64,000 nucleotides of DNA from Bacteroidia bacterium (lineage in GTDB: Bacteria > Bacteroidota > Bacteroidia > AKYH767-A > OLB10). Positions 9,522 through 18,574 of this stretch are shown in pieces (position 1 is the stretch's first letter; every line of letters starts with the position of its first letter). The translations under genes were made by a program, and so were the position numbers. The notes under the pieces were generated by a model. It made no database searches and was not told the DNA's origin. It saw only the letters and a program-made list of their open reading frames with translations. The DNA is taken from contig JBDTRM010000023.1 in the NCBI GenBank assembly GCA_039931675.1, positions 16,006-80,005 on the forward strand. Direction: 5' to 3'.

Positions 9522-11513
9522 TTATTTTTTTTGCTTTTCAGTAAGTTTTACTAATTCATTTATTGAAGTTTTCCAAATGCCTTTTGTATGGGTAAAAGCA
9601 AATATGTCAGAACCCACAATTGCTAATGAAGTGACACCGTCTTGTAACTCTGAATTATTTACGGAAGTCCAGCTATTACCCTCATCCGATGACAGATACA
9701 CACCTGAATTGCAGCCATAAAAAATTGTTTTACCGCTATGGATAAAACTGTTTGCGAAATCTCCAAAACTACCATGGAATGGTTGGAATGGGTTGTCGTT
9801 TGTGGGAAAGCCATTTCTTACTTCTTTCCATGTTTTTCCATCATCATTTGTTGAAAATGTTCCATATTTTGTTTCTACAAAAATGCTAGTTCCAATTATT
9901 GTGGCAACGTTGACCGAAGTATAAAAACCTACAGCTTTGTGAAGATTCTCATCAAGATTATTCCATGTTTTACCATTGTCCGGGGATTTAAATAAAAAAT
10001 CATCACCTCCTATAATAATAACACTACCATTAACAGTTAATAATCCGCTAACTCCAGATATGCTTACAGGCAAGTTATATTGAATGGAGTTCCAGGTAGT
10101 ACCTTTATCGTTCGAAATGTAAAGTTTATCTTCAGCAAGTGCAAAAATATTTTCAGGTGTTGATTGAATTAAAAAATAGTTATAATTATCTTGATTGAAA
10201 GTAGCACTTTTAGATTTTATCCAGGATTGCCCGTTATTGTCAGAAGTAAAAAGACCAGAATTAGTACCAAGAAAAAGTTTTGTTTCCTGAGAAGTGATAC
10301 TACGTATTTTAATAGAGGAAGGTAAACCGTTACTTGAGGCATACCAATTTGCACCATTGTTATTGGATACGAATAGAGTATCAAAATCGTTCCTAGAACC
10401 GCAAACGGCAAACAGTCTTGATTCGTTAACAAACAAATCTCTGCCATTTTTATCTACAGGTAATCCCATAGCCACAACATTTGTCCACGGTACTAATACT
10501 GGTTCTATATATTTTAAGTAGGTTAAAGTATAAGTTGCTATTTTATCTGTATCATTTTCTGCATGTAATCTATTTAACACCATTGATAAAGCAGGATCAC
10601 TCGTTTTTACTTCCTTGGAAATTACCAATGAGTCTTTACTGATCAAAAGTATTTTATAATTAATTTTTCGCTCCTCATTATCTTCATGGCGAGGGACATT
10701 TAAAATCAAATTTCCTTTATCAGTTATTTCATACATATAATTTTTATCCTTTTCTTCTTCTAAACTCAAATTTCCTACATCAAATGTTTTGTCCTTATTA
10801 AAGCTGAAACTTAATGCTCTTGTCTCCCGCCTAAGCTTTGATTGAATCCAGTAGTTATTTATTTCTTCATCAAAATCCTCCAACTCATAACAACTAACTT
10901 CCACTTTTTCTCCTTTCCATTTTCCGATTATAAGTTCATTTATTTCGCTTAGAGGTGGTAGTGGTTTTACCATACTAACAAGATTGAGTAAGTTGGTTTT
11001 ATCCTTCGGTTTTATTTTTATACACGTAATGTTAACAGAAACTATTTTATCTGTATCATTTTTTGCATTCAACTCCTCTAATATGTGTGCCATATCTGGA
11101 TCATTTGTTTTCATGCCTTCAAATGAAATAATTAAAGAGTCATTGTTAATTGAAACTATTTCAAAGTTCTGCTCCCCATTAAATGACAATATGGTGCTTG
11201 ATTTAGCCTTAAATATTTCATATTTACAATTTACTTCATTATAAAGGCATGTTTTATTTTCATTACACCTAAAGTTGATTTCTTGTATTCGAAAATTATC
11301 TTTTGACTTTTCATCAAATCCTTTTATCTCATCACATTTCCAAACCGCATCTACACTTTTCCATTTGCCAATGATTAGCTTATTTATTTCTTCAAGAGCA
11401 GGCAACTGCTTGTTTTGTGAATTAGCATTTCCACATATTAGAATTAATTGAAGAACTGAAATAATCAGTAGGGTAAAATTTGATTTTAGCATAGTCATTA
11501 CTGGTTTTGCCAA
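9522..11513 (-). CDS. secreted BNR/Asp-box repeat protein with two duplicated N-terminal modules
   Basis: 663 aa. Signal peptide. Two paralogous ~150-aa modules ('EINKLIIGKWKSV...' and 'EINELIIGKWKGE...'). C-terminal half has S-x-D-x-G-x-T-W Asp-box motifs (SNDKGTTW, SPDNGKTW, STNDDGKTW, SSDEGNSW, SDNNGQSW). Confidence 0.55.
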   Translation of the reverse strand: MAKPVMTMLKSNFTLLIISVLQLILICGNANSQNKQLPALEEINKLIIGKWKSVDAVWKCDEIKGFDEKSKDNFRIQEINFRCNENKTCLYNEVNCKYEIFKAKSSTILSFNGEQNFEIVSINNDSLIISFEGMKTNDPDMAHILEELNAKNDTDKIVSVNITCIKIKPKDKTNLLNLVSMVKPLPPLSEINELIIGKWKGEKVEVSCYELEDFDEEINNYWIQSKLRRETRALSFSFNKDKTFDVGNLSLEEEKDKNYMYEITDKGNLILNVPRHEDNEERKINYKILLISKDSLVISKEVKTSDPALSMVLNRLHAENDTDKIATYTLTYLKYIEPVLVPWTNVVAMGLPVDKNGRDLFVNESRLFAVCGSRNDFDTLFVSNNNGANWYASSNGLPSSIKIRSITSQETKLFLGTNSGLFTSDNNGQSWIKSKSATFNQDNYNYFLIQSTPENIFALAEDKLYISNDKGTTWNSIQYNLPVSISGVSGLLTVNGSVIIIGGDDFLFKSPDNGKTWNNLDENLHKAVGFYTSVNVATIIGTSIFVETKYGTFSTNDDGKTWKEVRNGFPTNDNPFQPFHGSFGDFANSFIHSGKTIFYGCNSGVYLSSDEGNSWTSVNNSELQDGVTSLAIVGSDIFAFTHTKGIWKTSINELVKLTEKQKK

Positions 11514-11669
11514 TTTATTTATAGTGTTGCCTAGACACCTTATATGTTAGCTGTGCAAAATAAAACAAATATTCGAGAAGGATTATGGAGATGAAAAAGG
11601 GGTGTACTACAAATTTCAGCAAAGTACCTAATGCTGAAGAGAGCTTGTAGCGCGTTTCTTCTCAAACAA

Positions 11670-11706
11670 AAAAGCCCCTCAAAAACTTTGAGAGGCTTTA
11701 ACTTAT
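11670..11706 (-). terminator. intrinsic terminator-like hairpin (T-run on minus strand)
   Basis: Plus strand 'aaaaaagcccctcaaaaactttgagaggc': 10-bp stem with one mismatch. On the minus strand it is followed by a ttttttgtttg run. Confidence 0.4.
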
Positions 11707-11780
11707 CTAACTAAATTTAATTTTCAAGCAGTGGGCGGAATAGTCGTTGTAGGTTTTGCAACAGCACCACCAACATTCGC

Positions 11781-11855
11781 ACTCCGCATTTTCTTTTTAT
11801 ACATACTCCAATTATAATCAACTGCTTTAACAGATTTCTTCCTTTTATAAAACGG
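11781..11855. repeat. dispersed intergenic repeat, copy A (family of 4 in 11.78-13.65 kb)
   Basis: 'actccgcattttc...actccaattataatcaactgctttaacagatttcttccttttataaaacgg'. Shares the core 'ccaattataatca.ctgctttaacag.tttcttacttttataaaacg' with copies B, C and D. Confidence 0.7.
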
Positions 11856-11905
11856 ATTAAACCTTGTGATAAAGTTTTTATATTTTCGTAAAAATTATTT
11901 CAGTC

Positions 11906-12115
11906 ATGATTACAGAAAATAAACTTACCAATTTGCAATTAGAGTTATTAAAAAGCTTTAAATATGTAAAAGATGAAAAGCAATTGAATGATATTAAATC
12001 TTTATTGAATTTATATTTCCACAAACAACTTGAAGCGGCTATTGAAGAGGAAGAAAAATCAAGAAACTACACAACTGAAATTTATGAAGAATGGTTGCGT
12101 AATTCCACGAAATAA
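11906..12115 (+). CDS. putative antitoxin (small helical protein upstream of PIN toxin)
   Basis: 69-aa charged helical ORF ending 10 nt before the PIN-domain gene, the usual antitoxin-toxin layout. Confidence 0.35.
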   Translation: MITENKLTNLQLELLKSFKYVKDEKQLNDIKSLLNLYFHKQLEAAIEEEEKSRNYTTEIYEEWLRNSTK

Positions 12116-12124
12116 TCAAAGCCA

Positions 12125-12526
12125 GTGAAAGTTGTATTAGATACCAATTGCTTTATCAGTTGCATCGGTAAAAATTCCAGGCATCGCAAAGTGTTCGATG
12201 CTTTTCTAAATGGAAGCTATGTCCTATGCCTTTCTACAGAAGTACTGTTAGAGTACGAAGAAAAATTCAATCAGTTTTGGGGCGCTAAAGTAACTTACAA
12301 TTTATTAGCAACTATTCTCACAGCACAGAACATTTCGCTACACTCTATTTTTTATAATTTCAGATTAGTTGAAGGAGATGTGGACGATAATAAATTTTCA
12401 GATTTATATCTTTCAGCGTCTGCTGATATTTTAGTCACCAACGATTCAAAACTTATAGCGCTTCGAAAAAAGGGTTATCCTGTAGTTGATGTCAAAACAA
12501 TTAGCGAGTTCATGATTCTTTTATAA
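12125..12526 (+). CDS. PIN-domain protein (putative toxin of type II TA module)
   Basis: 'MKVVLDTNCFIS' N-terminal PIN signature with acidic residues (D6, E-rich centre, 'LVTNDSKL') near the C-terminus. 133 aa. Confidence 0.6.
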   Translation: MKVVLDTNCFISCIGKNSRHRKVFDAFLNGSYVLCLSTEVLLEYEEKFNQFWGAKVTYNLLATILTAQNISLHSIFYNFRLVEGDVDDNKFSDLYLSASADILVTNDSKLIALRKKGYPVVDVKTISEFMILL

Positions 12527-12608
12527 AATATATGTTGTTTCTGTAATCATTCAAAAAACTTCAAGAATCAACTCCAAACTAAATTCACTTGTTATTTTTC
12601 AGGAGGAG

Positions 12609-12696
12609 CTCCGCTATTTCCTACTCCTTATTTTCTTCTTGTACTTACTCCAATTATAATCACCCACTTTCACAGATTTTTACTTTTATAAAACGA
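12609..12696. repeat. dispersed intergenic repeat, copy B
   Basis: 'ctccgctatttcctactcc...actccaattataatcacccactttcacagatttttacttttataaaacga'. Confidence 0.7.
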
Positions 12697-12710
12697 GGTG
12701 CATAAACCGA

Positions 12711-12822
12711 ACTGTCCTGTTGATTCCGAAGCATCGGAAGAAACATCTTTCTTCAAATGAAGTAGCTGCTACTTTTGGAGAAAGTTCCTTCTCCCGACCA
12801 TCGGGATCAGGAGGACAGTACT
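12711..12822. ncRNA. candidate structured RNA: enclosing stem plus four internal hairpins
   Basis: Enclosing stem ctgtcc(tg)/(ca)ggacag holds four internal hairpins: ttccgaagcatcggaa, aagtagctgctactt, ggagaaagttccttctcc and cccgaccatcggg. No ORF. Lies between repeat copies B and C. Strand undetermined. Confidence 0.25.
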
Positions 12823-12878
12823 CGGAAACGCCAATTATAATCATCTGCTTTAACAGGTTTCTTACTTTTATAAAACGC
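12818..12878. repeat. dispersed intergenic repeat, copy C
   Basis: 'ggaaacgccaattataatcatctgctttaacaggtttcttacttttataaaacgc'. Confidence 0.7.
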
Positions 12879-12908
12879 TTTAAAATGAGATTATGAAATA
12901 AACTAACT

Positions 12909-13358
12909 TTGGCTCAACACAATTTCAAAAATATGCAACTGCCCAAATACCAACTTAAGGCTGAAAAATCATTAATGGTTTTCGAGTTTACCAGTATCGG
13001 ACCAAAAGGAAATATTCCAAAGCTTGTAAAGTTTAGCGAAACCAACCTGAAAGACCTTTATAACCTGGCTTTTGGCGACAAGGATTTAAGTACAGGTGGC
13101 ATAAACGATTTGGTGATTTCAAATAATGGCGATAGCGAAACAGTTTTGTCAACTGTAGTTTCAACAGTTTATGCATTCACTGAACGTTATCCTTATGCAT
13201 GGGTTGTTGCCACAGGCAGTACAAATTCGAGAACACGATTATACCGAATGGGAATATCAAAATACATTTTAGAAATTAAAAAAGACTTCCAGGTTTTCGG
13301 ACTTAGAAACGATGAATGGAAAAGTTTGAAAAGGAAATTGAATACGGAGCATTTTTAG
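12909..13358 (+). CDS. hypothetical protein
   Basis: 149-aa ORF with no recognisable motif. Alternative start at M8 (MQLPKY). Flanked by repeat copies C and D. Confidence 0.4.
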   Translation: MAQHNFKNMQLPKYQLKAEKSLMVFEFTSIGPKGNIPKLVKFSETNLKDLYNLAFGDKDLSTGGINDLVISNNGDSETVLSTVVSTVYAFTERYPYAWVVATGSTNSRTRLYRMGISKYILEIKKDFQVFGLRNDEWKSLKRKLNTEHF

Positions 13359-13387
13359 TTAAACGGAAATACTCTTATTTTTGCCTT

Positions 13388-13555
13388 ATGACAATTAAAG
13401 AATTAAATAAAAAGAAAACGCCCATCGTTACAATTGATAACTCCCTGGAGAAGTTTAAGAAACTTCCTTTATTCCAGGACAAGGTGGACAAGGCAAACGA
13501 AATACTTCGTAAGGTAGGGTTGCCAAAAACGAAGTTACGCCAGGGGTTGCGTTAG
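13388..13555 (+). CDS. hypothetical small protein
   Basis: 55-aa ORF (MTIKELNKKKTPIVTIDNSLEKFKKL...) starting 30 nt after the previous stop. Followed by a hairpin. Confidence 0.25.
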   Translation: MTIKELNKKKTPIVTIDNSLEKFKKLPLFQDKVDKANEILRKVGLPKTKLRQGLR

Positions 13556-13557
13556 AA

Positions 13558-13586
13558 GTTGCAATTTTCAAATTTATTATTGCAAC
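13558..13586 (+). terminator. hairpin gttgcaat...attgcaac downstream of small ORF
   Basis: 8-bp perfect stem with a 13-nt loop. The U-tract is weak. Confidence 0.3.
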
Positions 13587-13604
13587 GTCTTAATATCTTT
13601 TAAA

Positions 13605-13651
13605 CCAGATACATCATCTGCTTTAACAGCTTTCTTACTTTTGTAAAACGG
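13605..13651. repeat. dispersed intergenic repeat, copy D (partial)
   Basis: 'catcatctgctttaacagctttcttacttttgtaaaacgg'. Confidence 0.65.
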
Positions 13652-13742
13652 CTTTAAACCCCAAACCTATCACTTGTGACTTATCCCTTACGACTTACGA
13701 CTTACGGCTTTTACACGAATAAATATTTTCCTTTGCAACATT

Positions 13743-14414
13743 ATGGGCAAAGATAAGTTAAGGCGCTGGGCTGAGTTAGAAACCTTTGAGCGCACATTTC
13801 AACCAAAGATGGATTTCCCGATGCCTGATTTTTACCTGAAAGGCAAATGGAATTCAGATGTTTTTAAAAATGAAAATCCAATCGTGCTCGAGTTAGGCTG
13901 CGGGCGTGGTGAATACACCGTTCACCTTGCAAAAAATTTCCCACAAAAGAATTTTATCGGCATTGATATAAAAGGTGCTCGATTGTGGCGCGGAGCAAAA
14001 ACAATAAACGAAGAAAAAATTCTCAACGCTGCTTTTGTACGAATGCGCATAGAATTTATTGAAAATTTTTTTTCTCCACACGAGATAGGCGAAATATGGC
14101 TCACCTTTCCCGACCCGCAAATTAAAGACAAGCGCGAACATCGCAGGTTAACTCACCCCGCTTTCATCGAACGCTACAAACGTATGATGAAACCCAACGG
14201 AATTCTGCATTTAAAAAGTGACAGTGCAGAGTTTTATGAATACACACTACAATCACTCGCACAAGAACAAGGAAAGTTTTTAGTGAAAACAAATGATTTA
14301 TATAACAGCCATATCGTTGACGAAATTCTCAGCATAAAAACTACTTATGAAAATATTTTTCTGAAAGAAGGAAAGAAGATTACATATATTAAGTTTCAGT
14401 TTGGTGAAGGTTGA
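13743..14414 (+). CDS. trmB: tRNA (guanine46-N7)-methyltransferase
   Basis: 'VLELGCGRGEYTVHLAKNFP', 'IWLTFPDPQIKDKREHRRL' and 'ILHLKSD' match the TrmB signature. 223 aa. Confidence 0.85.
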   Translation: MGKDKLRRWAELETFERTFQPKMDFPMPDFYLKGKWNSDVFKNENPIVLELGCGRGEYTVHLAKNFPQKNFIGIDIKGARLWRGAKTINEEKILNAAFVRMRIEFIENFFSPHEIGEIWLTFPDPQIKDKREHRRLTHPAFIERYKRMMKPNGILHLKSDSAEFYEYTLQSLAQEQGKFLVKTNDLYNSHIVDEILSIKTTYENIFLKEGKKITYIKFQFGEG

Positions 14415-14824
14415 AGTCCGATGTCAGAAGTTAGAAGTCGGAAGTCGGAGATCGGAATTATAGATTCAGAAATAATCGTTGCGACAACGCATCAATTTAT
14501 TTTTCTCCGAATAAATAAACATCAATAGCGAGTGACATCAGTCACTCGTAAGCCGAAACATTCTTTGGAGCATCACTTTCGGGAAGTTCCTTCAACTTCC
14601 CGAAAGTTGCCCGGAGTAAAATGTCTGACACCCGAAAAGGTGTCTGACATTGGATAGTCTTCAGGAAAATTAATAAGGCAGTAAGTTTATTAAGCGAACT
14701 AAAGATTCGCTGTTACATTGTTCCCGACTCTCATTCCCATATCCCCATATTTCCATATTTCCTTATTCCCGAATTCCCCACACCTAATCTTTTTCTACAT
14801 TTGAAAAGTTGATTCAATTCGCCT

Positions 14825-17800
14825 GTGCTAAAAACATATAACAAAAAACATTATCGCTTATTATTCTTTGCGCTGCTCCTTTTTGCAGTGGGATTCAGCT
14901 ATGAATATTATTACATCACTAAATTAAATGACCGCGCCTTAATTGTTAAACGGGTGCAGGAAACTTTAAATGAAAAAAATCGTGTAATAAATATTTACCT
15001 GAATCAGCTTACTGATGCATTAATAAAAGCCGGAAATGATAAGGTTCTTTTTAATCGCGCTGCAAGTAAAATAAAACCGCCCGGGAGTGATGTTTCAATT
15101 TTTATTTATGAAAATGATGATTTGAAATACTGGAGTGACAACAAAATTGAGCTTAAATCAACAGATAAGCCAAACATAGGTAATGAGGAAATGAGTTTTT
15201 TCAACTCTGCTTATTATGAATTTTTCAGGCGCAATGCAGGCGCTTATAAAATCACGGCATTGCTTTTTTTAAAACGAAGCAATAATAAGTTTGAAAACAT
15301 CTATGTGCAAAATGATTTTAATGATGACTTTAAGTTAGGCAGCAATGTATTGTTCGGATCCAAAGTATCATCAACGCAAAACAATGTTATTTACAACACA
15401 AAACGCAATGTGCTTTTCTACCTGTTGTTTTCAAAGGAAACAAAAAAACCTGTCCCGCTTTTACTGCCGTTTATTTATTTAATAGCCATCATTATTTTTC
15501 TTGCATGGTATTACACTTTCGTAATGCATTTCGCAAAATATGAATTAGTGTGGGCATTTTTATTGATGGTGCTGTTGGGTCTGGCATTTGTTTTAATTGT
15601 AAGTTTCAGGCTGCCCAATGGGCTTTTTGAATTGAACCTTTTTTTACCGGCATTATATGCAAGCTCTAAATTACTTTACTCATTAGGTCATTTATTATTG
15701 GCCACGCTCATTATCACTTTTTATGTGGTGTGCTTTCACGGGTATGTTAATCAGCTTAACATCAATCCTAAAAAATATGCGGAGAACCGCTGGATGCAAT
15801 TGCTGCCTGTAATGGCTTTCGTGGTGATTTTATTTTTTGCTGCATTTGTAATTTCACTCGCAAGCGGTTTGGTGCTTAATTCGAAAATATCTTTTGCTGT
15901 TGATAATGTACTCGACCTGTCGCGATACAGCTTTGCCGGATTAGTAATAGTTTTTTTACTGATGTTTTCATTTTACTTAGTATGCGATGCAGCCTTGCGT
16001 TTTGTATTAAGAACACATTATGGTTTTTTACGCACTTTCTCATTTTTTGTGACTGCGCAAATTATATTCCTGCTTGTCTGTTATCCATTGCGGAACACAG
16101 AATTTTTCATGCAGTTTCAATGGATCACCTATTCTGTTACCCTTGGGGTAATGGCCATAGTGGGATTGCTGCTGCTGGTTTCGCAAAAGGAATATACTTT
16201 TTATAAATCCATCTGGCTGGTGCTTACTTTTTCGGCATATACTGCTATTATACTGCAGGATCTTACTATTAAAAAAGAACAACAGCAGCGCACTGCTTTT
16301 GCTGATAAATTAGAAAACGAAGGCGACCTGATGGCGGAATATTTATTTGAAGATATTTTTGAAAAGTTAGCTTATGATAAAATCATTTTAACTTATTTAT
16401 GCAATGACAATCCTGAAATTACCTTAAATACCACTACAGAAAAAAATATAAGTAACCGCCTGATGCAAAATTATTTTTCCGGCTATTGGTCAGGTTATGA
16501 TATAAGGATACACACGTTTAATCACAACGGGCTGCCAATATCCAATACATCAGACACTGCCAAATCAATATCGCTGTATGATAAAATTATCAGCGAACAG
16601 GGAAAGGAAACACAAACGCAGGGATTATATTCTTTAAAGAGCACATCAGGCATTACATCATACATTGGCAAAATAGTGGTGCGTGACACTGATAATAATA
16701 ACATTGTTGCAGGCAGCATTATTATGGAGCTGAATTCAAAAATCACCAAGAATGAATTAGGTTATCCGGGTTTGCTCATCAGCCAGAAACAAGCAAGCAA
16801 GCTTGAGGGTCAAACCTATTCGTATGCGCTCTATCAGAATAATGCCCTCGTGAGCCAGAACGGAAACTTCAGTTACAATTCAAGCAGTTTTTATTACAAA
16901 GCACTGGCAGGCCCTGTGGGCGATCATTTTATGACAATGGATAAAATCTCTTACCTGATAAGAGTATTGCCCAATGGTGATTTAATAGTAGTGAGCAAAC
17001 CGCTATCTGGATTTGGCGTATTCTTTACCATTTTCATTTACATTTTTACGCTGTTCTTTTTATGGTATGTTTTCTTTTTTATTGTTTTTAAACTCATCAC
17101 AAATTCTTTTCAATTTCAATTCGATTTTAAAAGCCGCATACAATTAACTGTAACTACAGTGATCATTATCATAATGTTCACCATTGGTTCAGTAACCATT
17201 TATAACATCATTGATAACTATAACAGTTTACAAGATCAAAAGCTGATTGAAAAGCTTAGCTCTGTATTATTGGTCATTGAAAATGAAACACGCTATCAGC
17301 CACTCACAGGTCTAACTATAGAAACAGAGTTGGGATATAAATTTTCGGAACTCAGCAATGCGTTAAACTGCGACTTTAATATTTATGACGACAAAGGGTT
17401 TTTGCTTTACTCTACTCAGCCCAAAGTTTTTGAGTTGAATTTATTAGGTTACACCATTAACCGCACGGCTTTTGAAGAATTAAAAAACAATCCCAAGCTT
17501 AATTTTGTGCAGGAAGAAAATATTGGTTCGCTTAATTATATAGCAGCTTATGAACCTATCAGTAATTACAAAAATAAGGCCTTAGCCTATCTTAATCTTC
17601 CTTATTTTAAAAACGAATCCGATTTAAATAAAGAGATTTCAGCTATCTTAGTAACACTGATCAACATTTACATTCCCGTTTTCTTTATCAGCTTAGTGAT
17701 TACACTTTTTTTATCACAGCGCCTTGCTAATCCTTTACGGTTAATTCAAAATAGTTTATCAAAAGTAAGGTTGGATAAATCAAACCAGCTTATAGAGTGG

Positions 17801-18568
17801 CACAGGGATGATGAAATAGGTGCATTAGTAAAACAATACAACCACATGGTAGGGGAGCTTGAACGCAGTGCTGAAATACTGGCGCAGAGCGAGCGCGAAA
17901 CAGCATGGCGCGAAATGGCAAGACAAGTGGCGCATGAAATAAAAAATCCGCTTACGCCTATGAAGTTAAGTGTGCAGCACATGTTACGGGCTATGGAAGA
18001 CGAGCATCCTGACTTTGATAAATTAGTAAAACGATTTTCTGAAAACTTAGTTGAACAAATAGATACGCTCAGTAATATTGCAACTGAGTTCAGCAACTTT
18101 GCCAAGATGCCACGTGCTAACAATGCGGTAATAAACCTGCAGTCTATTTTGAGAAACTCAACAGAGTTGTATGGCATAGAAAAAAATATAACGGTTATTT
18201 TTAATGAATCGCAGGATGAAATGCTGGTGTATGCTGATAAAAATCAACTGCTGCGTGTGTTCAGTAATTTGCTTAAGAATGCCATACAGGCAATACCTCA
18301 AAGCAAGAAGGGATTGGTAAAAGTAAGTGTGACCGAAGACACAAATACCTATACGGTAGTAGTTAATGATAACGGTTCAGGAATACCGGAAGATACACGC
18401 GAACGGATTTTTACACCAAACTTCACCACCAAAACCACGGGAACAGGTTTGGGGCTTGCAATAGCCAAGCAGATTGTTGACAATGCACAAGGTAAAATAT
18501 GGTTTGAAACCCAGGTAAATGTCGGTACCACTTTTTACATCATGTTGCCAAAATATTCTCACGCCTGA
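14825..18568 (+). CDS. large multi-pass membrane sensor histidine kinase
   Basis: 1247 aa. About 12 or more predicted TM segments in the N-terminal 750 aa. HisKA H-box 'VAHEIKNPLTPMKLSVQ'. HATPase_c N-, G1- and G2-boxes ('FSNLLKNAIQA', 'VNDNGSGIP', 'GTGLGLAIAK'). No response regulator adjacent. Confidence 0.8.
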   Translation: MLKTYNKKHYRLLFFALLLFAVGFSYEYYYITKLNDRALIVKRVQETLNEKNRVINIYLNQLTDALIKAGNDKVLFNRAASKIKPPGSDVSIFIYENDDLKYWSDNKIELKSTDKPNIGNEEMSFFNSAYYEFFRRNAGAYKITALLFLKRSNNKFENIYVQNDFNDDFKLGSNVLFGSKVSSTQNNVIYNTKRNVLFYLLFSKETKKPVPLLLPFIYLIAIIIFLAWYYTFVMHFAKYELVWAFLLMVLLGLAFVLIVSFRLPNGLFELNLFLPALYASSKLLYSLGHLLLATLIITFYVVCFHGYVNQLNINPKKYAENRWMQLLPVMAFVVILFFAAFVISLASGLVLNSKISFAVDNVLDLSRYSFAGLVIVFLLMFSFYLVCDAALRFVLRTHYGFLRTFSFFVTAQIIFLLVCYPLRNTEFFMQFQWITYSVTLGVMAIVGLLLLVSQKEYTFYKSIWLVLTFSAYTAIILQDLTIKKEQQQRTAFADKLENEGDLMAEYLFEDIFEKLAYDKIILTYLCNDNPEITLNTTTEKNISNRLMQNYFSGYWSGYDIRIHTFNHNGLPISNTSDTAKSISLYDKIISEQGKETQTQGLYSLKSTSGITSYIGKIVVRDTDNNNIVAGSIIMELNSKITKNELGYPGLLISQKQASKLEGQTYSYALYQNNALVSQNGNFSYNSSSFYYKALAGPVGDHFMTMDKISYLIRVLPNGDLIVVSKPLSGFGVFFTIFIYIFTLFFLWYVFFFIVFKLITNSFQFQFDFKSRIQLTVTTVIIIIMFTIGSVTIYNIIDNYNSLQDQKLIEKLSSVLLVIENETRYQPLTGLTIETELGYKFSELSNALNCDFNIYDDKGFLLYSTQPKVFELNLLGYTINRTAFEELKNNPKLNFVQEENIGSLNYIAAYEPISNYKNKALAYLNLPYFKNESDLNKEISAILVTLINIYIPVFFISLVITLFLSQRLANPLRLIQNSLSKVRLDKSNQLIEWHRDDEIGALVKQYNHMVGELERSAEILAQSERETAWREMARQVAHEIKNPLTPMKLSVQHMLRAMEDEHPDFDKLVKRFSENLVEQIDTLSNIATEFSNFAKMPRANNAVINLQSILRNSTELYGIEKNITVIFNESQDEMLVYADKNQLLRVFSNLLKNAIQAIPQSKKGLVKVSVTEDTNTYTVVVNDNGSGIPEDTRERIFTPNFTTKTTGTGLGLAIAKQIVDNAQGKIWFETQVNVGTTFYIMLPKYSHA

Positions 18569-18574
18569 AAAATT

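Noticed and set aside
9511-9720. 69-aa plus-strand ORF overlapping the 3' end of the BNR protein gene
   Set aside because: Overlaps a well-supported 663-aa gene on the opposite strand, with no RBS or start context.
11781-13651. Possible CRISPR array or integron cassette array, suggested by the four spaced repeats
   Set aside because: Repeat spacing is irregular (about 0.8 kb, 0.2 kb, 0.8 kb) with protein-coding spacers. The repeats are not short perfect palindromic CRISPR-type units. No cas genes, no integrase and no GTTRRRY core sites are present.
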